The notes beneath the pieces are model-generated. The model made no database searches, was not told the origin of the DNA, and worked only from the letters and a program-made list of their open reading frames with translations. The position numbers were made by a program, and so were the translations under genes. A stretch of 44,692 nucleotides of DNA, filler included, from Jimgerdemannia flammicorona (taxonomy: Eukaryota), in the NCBI GenBank assembly GCA_003990765.1. It is 2 parts of 2 records of this genome, joined end to end, with 100 filler letters (N's around TTAATTAATTAA, not from the genome) between each part and the next. Parts side by side here need not be neighbours in the genome. Positions count along the whole stretch, not along the records: positions 1 to 22,297 come from RBNJ01001308.1; positions 22,398 to 44,692 come from RBNJ01001309.1. One strand, written 5' to 3'. Shown in pieces: positions 12,562 through 24,427 of the stretch; the stretch's first letter is position 1, and each line of letters starts with the position of its first letter.

Positions 12562-13895
12562 GAGCAAGCTAAGCCATACAGACAGAGGTAATATAGGCAA
12601 TATGGGCAATATGGGTGGGCAAGATGGGCAAGACAGCAAGATGGCAAGATGGGTGACATGGGCAAGATGGGCAGATGGCAAGACAGGCAACATGGGCAAA
12701 ATGAGCAAAACAGGCAACATGGGCAACACAGGCAACACAGGCAGGCAACACGAGCAATATGGGCAATACAGGCGAGCAACATGAGCAATACGGGCAACAT
12801 GGGCAGACAACATAGGCAATATGGGCAATACAGGCAATATGGGCAATACAGGCAGGCAAGATGGGCAAGATGGGCAAGATGGGTAAGACAGGCAAGATGG
12901 TAAGATAACAAGATGGATGACATGGACAAGACAGGCAAGATGGGTAAGATGGGCAAGATGGGCAAGATGGATAAGATGGGTAAGATGGGCAAGATGGCAA
13001 GATGGCAAGATGACAAGATGGGCAACATGGGCAAGATGGGCAGATGGCAAGATAGGTGACATGGGCAAGATGGGCAAAATGGGCAAAACAGGCAAAACAG
13101 GCAATACGGGCAACACAGGCAACATGGGCGGGCAACACAGGCAACATGGGCAACATGGGTGGGCAACATGGGCAATATGGGCAATACAAGCAACATGGGC
13201 AATACAGGTAACACAGGCAACACAGGCAACACAGGTGGGCAAGATGGGCAAGATGGGCAAGATGGGCAAGATGGGTAAGATGGGCAATATGGGCAAGATG
13301 GGCAGACAGCAAGATAGGCAATATAGGCAAGATGGGCAAAACAGGCAAAATGGACAACATGGGCAACATGGGCAATATGGGCAACATGGACAACATGGGC
13401 AATATGGGCAACATGGGCAGGTAAGACAGGCAATATGGGCAATATGGGCAACATAGGACATAGGCAACACAAGCAGGTAAGATGGGCAAGATGGGCAAGA
13501 TGGGCAAGATGGGCAAGATGGGCAAGATGGGCAAGATGGCAAGATAGCAGCATGGGCAACACAGACAATATGGGTGGGCAAGACAGATAAGACAGGCTAG
13601 ATGGGTAAGACAGAAGACACTAATAGAGGTAGGTCAGGTACACTAGATGCCAAGTACTTGAGGTGGTTGGGGCTCACAACTCATACCTACTGGGTGGGGC
13701 AGACCAGGTAGGAGGATCTAGTTACTCAAGCAGTGAGGTTACAACTTATATCCTAAAGGTGCAAGGCTGGGTGAGAGTGAAGATGGGTTAAGATTGGGGT
13801 GGAATGGGGCTACTGATGTTGTATGAGGATATGTGACATGTTATAGATAGTTAATAAATGAGGCAACAGCCTATAGAAAAAAAAAAGAAAAAAAA
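12562..13895 (+). mobile_element. Non-autonomous poly(A) retroposon composed mostly of a 9-bp VNTR
   Basis: 19-bp TSD AAATGTTAA(A/G)GTTTTCACA at 12543-12561 and 13896-13914 (one transition). AATAAA at ~13853, then CTATAG and an A-tail from 13877. Confidence 0.78.
12585..13615 (+). repeat. 9-bp minisatellite (GGGCAAGAT / GGGCAATAT / GGCAACACA variants), about 110 units
   Basis: Directly visible tandem repeat; it produces spurious low-complexity ORFs in many frames. Confidence 0.95.
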
Positions 13896-14229
13896 AAATG
13901 TTAAGGTTTTCACAAATATTGAGATTTTATAAATATTAAAGATTAATACTTGTGAAAAGTAACTCATAGGAAATATAGTTATAACTTAGCTATCTTATAT
14001 ATAACTAGCAAACCTATATAAATATCTCCAATATCTAAAGTAAATAAACCTCAGATCAAAATAGTTCAAAGTAAAGAGAAAGTAAGAGAACTAGTAAGCC
14101 TATGGGCAGATATACTTTGAACTCATCTACAAAGACTCTGTAGAGTCAAAGAAGATCAAGTTTTCAAGATATAGAAATCTAACATACTTATATAGTTATA
14201 TATGTATCTACTATATTATAATATATAGT

Positions 14230-15215
14230 CAATATCTAGTCAATCTCATCTATACTATCAAAGTCTATCTAATAATAAGCTACTTATTACTAATACATCT
14301 TATCAATATTTTCCACAAGTTATCCTAACAACCCTTCTCTCCTACTCTTCTATCTCTCTACTCTCAGACAACCTTTAACTATTACTCAAAATTCCTAAAA
14401 TATCTTATACTTATATAGTCAATATTTAGATATCTGTATAAATCTCTCCTCCTATCCTATATTATAATACTTTTTACAATCAAAAGTTCCTCTATCAACT
14501 AAGTAATCTAAATAAATATTCAATATGATATTTCTCCTCAGTATATACTACTATACTATCTAGAACTTTAAAGGAAACTACTACTATATCATAATACTCT
14601 AGAACTAGATATCAGCTCAGTCTTACTTCTTATCAATCTCTGCTATCTGCCAGTCAACTGACTATAGATCCTGTTCTATTTCTCATTAGTACTCTACTCC
14701 TTTATCAATGTTAAAGTCTACTAGTAGAGAACTATTCAATAATAGTCTGTCTTACTATTATATTGCTAGACCCTATTGTATTTCTCTCTCAGTACCATAT
14801 TAATACAGACCAATATAATAAGTACTATCTACTACCTCTCACCAGAATTCTCTATACTATAAGAATTAACTACTATCCAGTCTAATCAATAATAGTAAAT
14901 TACCCAAAGAGTCTCTGGAGAGAACTTCCTTCTGTATCAGTAATATCTACTCACTACTCTATAGCTTAACAGTTCTTTTCAACTACTAAGTCTTAAGATA
15001 ATACAGTTATCTTAGAAAGTTTACCAGACTAAGACCTCCTCTATCTATCAGTATTGCTAAGACTTCCCAACCTATCTGACTCTACCTTCCAGCTCAGATC
15101 TAGTCCTTAGCTATCTTCAATAACCTCTTTACTACTCAGATCAGAAAGTTCAAGTAATATATCAGATACTATAACTTTAGATAAATGAGATCATTCAGCA
15201 TTCTATAGTTAAGTA
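14230..15215 (-). mobile_element. Old, heavily mutated LINE ORF2 3' fragment of the same family
   Basis: 15013-15205 aligns by eye to 6764-6960, with mostly C>T/G>A differences. ~14330-14380 resembles the LINE 3' region. Ends approximate. Confidence 0.7.
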
Positions 15216-15651
15216 TTATCCAGTAAGTGATCATTATTTTATATTTCATAGTTAATTATTATACTGTAGTTAGTTATATATAGATATATAAATTTTAATT
15301 ATATAAGTAGAGTTATGTTTTCTTAGTAACTATAAATATATTATATTTCTGTTTAGCTTCTGGAAATGTTAAGGTTTGTTTATTTATTAATTATAAGCTA
15401 GTATATAATAGTTATTATTATTATTATTTTCAAATTTCCTGCTCTTCATCATATTTTATTATACTTTATCATTTATTAAAATATAGAGATAATGAAAATT
15501 GGGTTTTGAAATTATCTAATATGCTATTTTGTTGATATATCAGAATAAGATAAGTGTTCTTAATCTCACTAGAAATAAAAATATTTATTATTTTCATAAT
15601 TATCTATAGAGAGAAGTTTTAGTGATATAATTTATTAAGTATATAGCATCT

Positions 15652-16835
15652 TTTTTTATAGACTCTATGTCCTATGGATTTTTATTAGAAGGGAACCTAG
15701 ACTATATAGGCCAAAACCCTCCCCCACCACCCATCAAGCACTGCTCTCCCATTAACCTAGGCTAGCTAATGTCCAGCAGCTTGACCATGCCAGGCGCAGC
15801 AGGGCCTATGTTGGCCCACACCTCATTCTGCACACTATGCTCTCTCTACCACCAGGGGAGACCCAGCCATATACCAATGACCGAAAGCACATGCCCAAGA
15901 ACCCAACATATATATAAGGCCACACCTGAGCTGAATAGAATAGCCCCTGCCACTCCAAAGAGAATGACAGGCAAAGAAAAAACTCTTATCAAAGTACAAC
16001 ACAGTGGGTAGGGCCTGGTTCTCTCAGTCAAGGTGAGTAGAGGACTTATACATGAGGCAGGAGGAGACCCCCAATACCCTACTACTCAAACCTGTGGGCC
16101 TCGATCACATTGCCATATCAGCTCCCAGTTCCAGTTGAGTATAGCCAAGACATCTGAAATAGGTAGCCTCAGGCCCCTCAGGCCTCCTGACCCCCCCAGA
16201 TGACCAAGGCCCAACCCCATGAATCACTAAGAGAAGCCAAGAGTGACATCTACCACCTAACCACACCACACCAATCAAAAGGCCCCACTGAAGCAGCACC
16301 CACTCCAGCTCCAATGACTGCCCCCAGCCTGGCACCCTACTGGTTCACCGTAATCGCCCTTCCTCCTATCTGTGATGGCCATCTCCCCTCCCATCCTGAC
16401 ATTACCTGAAAAACAGTCACATACACCAGAACTATGCTCGCTGGGAAGCTCACCAAAGCCAGAGGGCCCTACTACAGACACTAAGGACCTGCAGGTAACC
16501 TACACTGAGCACTTGATGCTCAAGGTCAGCTGACTTCCTATATAGCCTGAGACACACCAAGACAACTCCTTGTTAGTGATGGCAAAAGGAAGAAGGCGTT
16601 GCACCAAAACAGATACACTCCAGACACAGCTGAAGGTACCAGAATCCATGAAAAAGTAGAGGAAGCACCAATCTGACACTGATAAAGGGGCAACTCATCA
16701 CCATTACCCTCCTCCCACCATGCCCCTGCAGGTATAGCAAACCAACCTGAGATAGAGGGGATAATATTAGGGGAAAGGGGACTTGGAAGGTCACCTACCA
16801 AACCTTGTGACCAGTAAGGTAGTGGAGAAAGGATG
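15652..16835 (-). mobile_element. 1.18-kb non-autonomous LINE-dependent element (SINE-like)
   Basis: Exact 17-bp TSD TTAAGTATATAGCATCT at 15635-15651 and 16836-16852. 3' end AATAAA...GTCTATA(A)n. 5' end CATCCTTTCTCC resembles the LINE 5' end CATCCACCTTTCTCC. GC-rich against AT-rich flanks. Confidence 0.82.
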
Positions 16836-18597
16836 TTAAGTATATAGCATCTATAGCTATAGTAAGAATAATAATAAGCATTATAACTACTAACTGTAAC
16901 ACATTAAGTTCTGAATAATGAGGAAGTAAATATAGCACAACTAGCTAATCTTATAGAGTACTCAAAGCATACAAAGCTGACTTAGATATATATATATAGT
17001 CAGAGAAGAGTAGTGGTAGAGAGTATATTTAAAAAACTATAGTTGAACAACCTAATATATAATACAACTAATATATATCACATAATACATATCACCTTAA
17101 TCTCTCATTCCTCATTCTTTCTCTCTATCCTCCCTTTTTCCTTATTCTCTCTCTTATCTGCTTACTTATAAGTCTCTGATTCTCATTCTGAGTCTCAAAA
17201 ACTGAACACCCATATTGCTAGTACAACTCTTCCTTTTTATCTGTCCAATTCTCCCCCCCTCTTTCTGAATCTAGTATATTATAATTAAATGAGAACTTGT
17301 GATAATGTGAGATCTAATATATCTGAGATTGAAAGTCTATACTGGATTATACCAGACTATAGATTGAGAAATAAAAGATATTGTAGGATATATCTTGATA
17401 TAAGACAAAAATAATTATACTAGTTGTAACTATTAGAGTATAATATATAAGTCAGATGAAAATACAATTTGAATAAAAAACTATAGTAGGAGTAGTTATA
17501 TCTGGTAGCAAGCCTAGGGATAGATTTGAGGTAAGGGGTTATATTCAAATCTTTGAGATAGTGATCTAGGCTTATAAACATAGACTATCTATTAGATAAA
17601 AAAGTATATAGAAGAAGAAGATGATGAAGATATCCCACATCATTATTATAATTGAGAATAATTTTATAAGATTAGACCTAAATATCAAGAATAAGAAATA
17701 ATATAGAAAGTCATAAGGTCTTCCAAGCTCATACTTATAGAATTTCCACCAACTGCTCTATATTCACAGTATTATGATTATGTAAGAGATATACTAGACA
17801 AATATAGTGAATATCTCTACAATCTATATTTCTCTATAACTCTATTCTTAGTCAGTTCTAGTATAATGTAATTATAAGAACTAATAACTCAAAAATATAG
17901 ATTTGAATAGTGTACCTCAGTTTTAGCGATCTTTGAGATACTAATTTTGATATATATAGTTAGTAAGCAGACTCTACAAGTATATAGATGGTTGGTCAGA
18001 AGGAGGTGAGGACACTAAGAATAAAGTTAATACCCAGGATGAAAAGGACTATTATAACAAAGTGAACTAGAGTTTGAGGGGAAAAAAGAAAGAATAATAG
18101 TTAAGAAGTATATCTTTGGCAAAATGACCTGAAATTTATATAAATTTAGATATTATTCCTTTGGTATTTTCACAATCTCTCAGATCTATAGCTATATAAA
18201 AACATTTAAATTCAAAATTTACTTCTAATCCTAATCAACTTTAACTATATATCTGGCTTTATAAGATGATTATTAGTTACTATCAGTAATATATTCTGAC
18301 AAAGTATTGCATGAGTTAGCTAGCCATCCATCTGAGCTCCTTATATAAGCAGATGAAATAGATGATGCTTATACTCATCAAAAAGACAAATTCTGGATAT
18401 ACCAGTAATACAGATATATATAATGAAGTAGAGAAGGAATAGAAGAGTCAAGGGAAAGGACTTGAGCTCATACTAGGTCTCATAGAGACTATACTGAGAA
18501 AGGGGGTAGTTTTAATTAGAATAAAAAAAAGGATTGATATAGCTTAGAGATATAAGAATACTGTTTTGAAGTAATTGAATAAAATTAAACATATATA

Positions 18598-18732
18598 CCT
18601 ATCTTATCAAGTATATCTTAGAATCTGATGAATACAAGATGACTAAAGATCATTATCTCAATATTTATTATACTCTCTCAACCAGGCTTTGATATTTAAT
18701 TACTTCAATATTACTATTCAAAAGTACTCCTC

Positions 18733-18793
<61 letters not shown>
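18598..18793 (+). other. Possible short retroposed RNA with long poly(A) (63-A run at 18734-18796)
   Basis: Candidate 11-bp TSD AAACATATATA at 18587-18597 and 18794-18804. The ~136-nt body is unidentified. Confidence 0.4.
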
Positions 18794-18797
<4 letters not shown>

Positions 18798-18844
18798 ATA
18801 TATAATTAATATATTACAATATTATAATTATCCAATAGATCAAG

Positions 18845-21800
18845 AGTAGGCCATCCCAAGTTACCTTTCTCAGCTACAATTCACATTACACATACTTTTA
18901 CAATACACTTTTAAGTTATTTATTAGAGAAAGATACTAAGGTAATAGCAAACAGCAAGTAATCTGGAGCATATTCTAGGTAAGGCAGCCCTAGCATGTTT
19001 GACTGGCAGCAGGTGGGGAGAGATCCTGACCTGGGGGGGGGCATGAGGGGGCTGCTGGTGGGAGGATGAGGAGAGAGAGAAGGCAGTGGTAGAGGACAGA
19101 GGTCTGGAAGGGCAAGCTTTGTGGAGATGGTAAAGGGGAGACAATAGACATCTGAGTTAAAGAGATGGCTGAGGAAAGGCAAGGAGATGGAGAAGACAGT
19201 AGTTTGTGGGAGAGTAGCTCTTGGTGGTGAGGGCAGTGGAGCTGGAGGAGTAGTGGCTGGGGTGAGCATGACAGCTGATGGCAATAGAACTGCCAATCTA
19301 AAAAAAAAAAATCCAGATATAACTACTGATGGCATAACTGAGTAGCAGGGACTTAGAGGGCAGGGAGACTTGGCAGATGGTGTGATGGGCCTGGTGGTGG
19401 CTCCATTACTCAAAAAATTGATCTCAGTATTCATGGTTACACTATACTTCTGAGGTCTAGCAGTGATGGTAAAAATAATGCTGGGGCTTATCACTAAGCA
19501 GGTGGCTGGAACAGCATCAGTAAAGTTTCTGAAGGGATTGGAGGGAGTGGAGGTGGGCTTTGAGGAGACTGAGCCATTGGAGGAGGTACTGAAGATTGGT
19601 TTGACTATTGGAGAGGTATGTATCCCTATGGCATAATGTCTGAGATGAGATCCCAGAGTAGTACAACTGCTGGTAAAAGGAGTGCCCATGGTTATAGTAG
19701 TGAAGATGAGAAGGAGAGTTGAAGAGGTCATGGCAGAGTATGGCAAGGTAGTGGACATCAGCTTCAGGGTCTGGGAAGGGACCTCACTCAGGACTGGGGA
19801 TGTTGATGTGCAGATTTGGCTGGCAGAGAAGGAGGCTACTGAGAAGACAAGGAACTGGCCATCAGTAATGGTCTGGGGGGCAATCTTGTATAAGGTGACA
19901 AGGGTGAAGAGAAGTGAGGAGGAGGAAGAGGATTTGTTAGAAGCATTGAAAGAGCTGAGTAGTGTGGTGGAGCAGCAGGCAAAAGCTTGGAAGACCTTTG
20001 TAGAATTAACATACTTGGAGGTGGTGGATGAGAAGCAGATTAGAATGGATAAGGAGCAGTAGAAAAGAGCTCAGAGATGTAAGCATTAGAAGGAGCTGCT
20101 GGCTAAGCTAGAAGATAGACCTCAGAAGGATATAGGTGGAATGGTGGAGGCAGGGGGTACTAAAGTGAGTGTCTAGGCCAGCAAGGATGGTGGGAGTATA
20201 GGGAAGGTGGCAGGAGAGGACAGGAAAGTGACTGGCAATGATCCATATGCTGATGGTATATTTGAGGTCTGGGAGGAGGACTGGGAGGGATCACCTACCC
20301 CTACTCCTCTTATTAGATGAGGTCCAACTTCCTGAAGCAGGGTGGTAGAGGATGTGCCAATGAGGGGGGCCCAGTGAGTGCAGTTTGGAGTTCCTGAGGT
20401 GGCAAATAGAGGACAAGTGGTGGCAGTTGGAGAGGAGGAACTGGTAGATGTCCTGGAGGTATGGGATGAGTCTGTGAGTATTGGGGCTGACATGATGATG
20501 TTGGATAGAGGGAGACTGATGACTCCTAGGGGGAAGGAGGTGGGGAACCTGCTTTGGATATGCAGGATGATGAATAACCTGGTAGCTGAAGAGTTGGGGG
20601 AGGTAGACTTGAGAGTAATGAGCAATGAGTATTGAGTGCAGATTCTGCAAGGAGATGGTGTGGAGCTGGCATTGAAGGCAGAAATTCTTGCAGTATATCT
20701 AGAGAAGGAAGAGTATGAGGTAGATAAGGAGCAGGAGGCTGAGCTGGCAGGGGTTGCTGGTGAGAGAGCTAAATATTGTTGAGACAAGTACTATAGATTG
20801 CAGCTCTGGCAGGAGACCTGCCTGGAGTACCATGAGGAGTTTGAGAAGAAGACAGATGGAGAGATAAATGAGCTATTAACTGAACTGGAGACTCAGAGAG
20901 CTGAAGAGGAAGAGGTGACTACAGAATATAATCTGGACATGGTGCAGGAAGAGATGAATATGGAGCAGTAGAGATAGACTGGATAATACACAGTATTTCA
21001 TTATAAATAGTACAACCAACATTTTCTCTTTAAACATGAATAGGTTATGGGGTGCTTCTCAATGCAGAAATATTTTTACTTAGCTGAAGAGATTGAAGAC
21101 CAATCTCTTCCTCTTGTAGAATATCAGGTGTGAGGATGATTTGGATAGGCTGGAATGGACAAAGGAATAGAGAGGTAAGGTAGTTTGGAAGGGCAAGGTT
21201 GAAATTCTGGTCTGAAAGAATTGAGGGGAGATATAGGAGATGAGGAGCTGGAGGGATAGATTGGTCTGGAGAGAGTGGATATATATAGGTTGAGAGCTAG
21301 TCACAGTGGGCTCTTATTACTGCTCTGCTATATAGAGTGAGCATGTGGATTGGGTGAAGAGTCTCCAGGACAGTGGGGTCCTTGTGGAGACTGGGGTGAA
21401 TATGCTTGGTGAAGACTTCAATATGGTCCGGGATATACTGGTAAATAGAACAGATGGTAGAAGGAGAGCTGAGAGTAGGAGTGGAGGGTTGGTAGCATAG
21501 AAGAATGTAGAAAGGCTAAGTGCTCTGGTAGATACTGATAGGGAGTATTGGGGGGATAGAAGGGTATACATATACTGGGCAGAGAGTCTGGGGACAAGGA
21601 TTGACTAAATGCTAACAGCCAGCTACTGGGGATTAGATATTTGGAAGTCACTGGAAGTAGAATGGTGCCCTTGGTTGGATCATTAGAGGCTGTTAGGGCT
21701 GGGACATTTTGGGGGGAGTGGGGATGGGCCTGGACATTGGCACCTTAATTTCTCATTATTAGATGATAGGATCCAGTAGAATGCATAGGCAGTAGACATT

Positions 21801-22098
21801 CAACTGAGGGTAGAGAGCTGGAGGCAGGAAAATTCCCTGGTTGGTGTTAGGTAGATGAGGATGAAAGTGATGGCCAGGGTTTACTGGAGTGAGGCTGGTA
21901 GGGAGACTGGGAAGCAGAGAAGGTGATAGGTGAGATGGGCTTCTGTTAGACTGACTAGACTCTTAGAGGATTGAGCAGGACTAGTGATGGTGGTGGAGGG
22001 GAGAGAGGATTGAAGATTGATAAGGATGAAAATAGAGGTTGGGGAATTACAACAGGTGCTGAGGGATGAGAAGGAGACAAGGGTGCAGAGCTTAGCAG
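18845..22098 (+). mobile_element. Second LINE copy (5' UTR, ORF1, APE part of ORF2), interrupted by a hAT end
   Basis: Collinear with the reverse complement of 11255-8290 (e.g. MAEYGKVVDISFRVWEGTSLRTGDVDV; NSTTNIFSLN at ~21005). More stops than the first copy. Retains a segment (~21780-21980) deleted in the first copy. Confidence 0.92.
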
Positions 22099-22277
22099 TA
22101 GTGCTCCTAACGAGTCAATTTAATCCGGATTGGATTCGGATTGATTCAGATTGAATCCCATCCGGATCAACTCGGATGGGATTCGAATCCCATCCGGATG
22201 GATTCGAATCGGATTCGAATCGGATTCGAATCAACCATTGTTTTGATTTCCAAATTAGACAATTAAATGTTTACATC
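22099..22277 (+). mobile_element. Left terminus of a young hAT-family element (TIR and subterminal GGATTCGAATC repeats), running into the gap
   Basis: TAGTGCTCCTAACGAGTCAATT matches TAGTACTCTGAATGAGTCAATT at 28830. CpGs are retained. Confidence 0.8.
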
Positions 22278-22397
22278 AATAATTTGATGAATAATCANNN
22301 NNNNNNNNNNNNNNNNNNNNNNNNNNNNNNNNNNNNNNNNNTTAATTAATTAANNNNNNNNNNNNNNNNNNNNNNNNNNNNNNNNNNNNNNNNNNNN
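22278..22397. other. Assembly gap with TTAATTAATTAA linker
   Basis: N-runs flank an all-frame stop spacer, a scaffolding artefact. Confidence 0.95.
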
Positions 22398-23871
22398 ACT
22401 ACAGCACCAATCCTTGTGCGCCCCAATCTACAGAAGCCATTCATCTTGTATACAGATGCTTCCAAAGATGGCCTAGGAGCAGTTCTAGCCCAAGAAGGAC
22501 CTGACCAACAGCACCACATGATAGCTTATATAAGCAGAGCTACCAATCAGCAGCAGATGAACTATGGTAGCACCAAACTGGAATGCCTTGCAGTCATATG
22601 GGCGGTCACCCTGTTCAAGCATTACCTCATCGGAAAAAGGTTCACCCTGATCACAGACCATGCAGCCCTCAAATGGCTATTCAACCATAAGGAACCTGCC
22701 AGAATTCTAGCCTGCTGGATCCTTATCCTTCAGGATTACAAAATCACTATCATTCACAAAGCAGGGAAAGCCCACAACAATGTTGATGTACTTTCCTGCC
22801 AGCCCCAATAAATCAGAGGAAGGGTGTCCCAAGGAACCACACTCTAAAGAAAGCTCCTCAGACTATCAAAGCACAAGAAGATCTTATCTGAAAAGAACAT
22901 CAGAAAGCCCACCAAGGACAGACAAGCATAGAAGACAGGATTTGAAAACAATATCAACATTGGCCCCATCTCAGAACTCAAGTTCGGGACATTATCCAGA
23001 AATGTGACATCTGCCAGAAGTACCAAGGAAAGAAGAACTATCGAGCCCCTCTGCAACCAATTCCCCCACCCACTCACATCTTTCAAAGATAGGGAGTAGA
23101 TATAATTGGACATCTACCAGTTACACCAAGAAGAAACAAAATACATCCTTGTATTTGTAGAACATCTGACCAAGTGGCTCGAGGCTTTCCCAATGGAAAT
23201 TGCAGATGCCTTAACCATTGTAGGCCTCCTCCATGGACTCACACTCAGATATGGACCTCCAGAAGAACTTATCTCTGACCAAGACACAGAATTCATCAAC
23301 AATATAATCACAAGTTATACCCGAATTCACAAGATCCACCTCAAAAAGACCACATCATACCACCCCCAGACCAATGGCATGACAGAAAGAATGAATCAGA
23401 CCATCAAGAAAGGACTTGCCCAAGTCAACCCTACTAATTGGGACCTCTGCTTACCTGAGATCCTATGGGAAATTCAGAATACCCCTGCTATGTCCACCAA
23501 ACAAAAGCCATTCAAAATGATGTTTGCTAAGAAAACCAGAACTGCTGACCATGAGAATCTCAGAGACCTCCTCAAGAAGGCAGAACAGTTATGAAATCAA
23601 GCCCAAGAACAGATTATCAAAGCCCAGGAAAGACAAAAGAAGTACTATAACCAAAAACAGAAGGATCAGGAGATCAAGATTGGAGATCAAGTCCTAGTTT
23701 GGAGAAGTATGATTGAGACAAACTTTGCCACCAAACTAGAACCAAAATGGAAAGGACCTTATCTTGTACACAATATTAGAGAAACCAGCATCTATTTAAG
23801 AAGTATGGATGGATGAACCCTGAGAACACCAGTACACATCAATCGCCTCAAGATATACTTCTTCTCACACT

Positions 23872-24388
23872 ATGAATCAGAGAATTGACAACCACCTCCA
23901 AACTCTTGTTCTCAGTTCCCTCCAAGCCCTACCAGTTCCCCTGCCTCAGTTCCGGGAACCCAATGGAACCTATCTTCAGAGAATCTGAGTTCATCAAGAG
24001 AACCTCACTTTGGCTGAGAGACTACTCCAGGTCCACCAGCTGTAGGCATATTATGCAATTGGAGAACAATTGCAGAATCTTCCTCTCTCAGACCTAGCCT
24101 ATGTCCAAAACACCACTGGCCTGAACAGAAGGAACACTACTGCTACAGACAGACTATACACAATATACATATAAATGAAATCCTTCTGCCTTAATCCAGG
24201 CCCAGTTTTCCCTGAATGACCTCCAAAGGATGATACTGCCCACCTACCTCAGCATTATTCACCAAGTGGAGACCCTATTTCCTGAGGAAGAAGAAGAGCC
24301 CCTGGAATGGAGTGACCACAGCTCAGATGATGATGATGGAACAGATATAGATGCAGAAGCTGCTTATGCCTATTGGGATGATGACTGA
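23872..24388 (+). pseudogene. Additional ORF downstream of integrase (~170 aa, acidic tail), disrupted
   Basis: MNQRIDNHLQTLVL...L*AYYAIGEQL...EEEEEPLEWSDHSSDDDDGTDIDAEAAYAYWDDD*. The tail is conserved at ~43080-43190 (-). Confidence 0.5.
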
Positions 24389-24427
24389 AGAATAGTCTGG
24401 GACAGACTACCCTTCAGTGGGGGCTGA

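Noticed and set aside
12502..13581. Long ORFs (359, 350, 321, 179 aa) rich in C/P, L/P/I, A/H
   Set aside because: They are translations of a 9-bp minisatellite that is open in many frames; there is no domain signal.
17270..18590. Decayed coding-like + strand segment (e.g. SKLILIEFPPTALY, DKVLHELASHPSE)
   Set aside because: Too degenerate to assign a family by eye; it needs a translated profile search.
22342..22353. TTAATTAATTAA palindrome
   Set aside because: Scaffolding linker inside an N-run.
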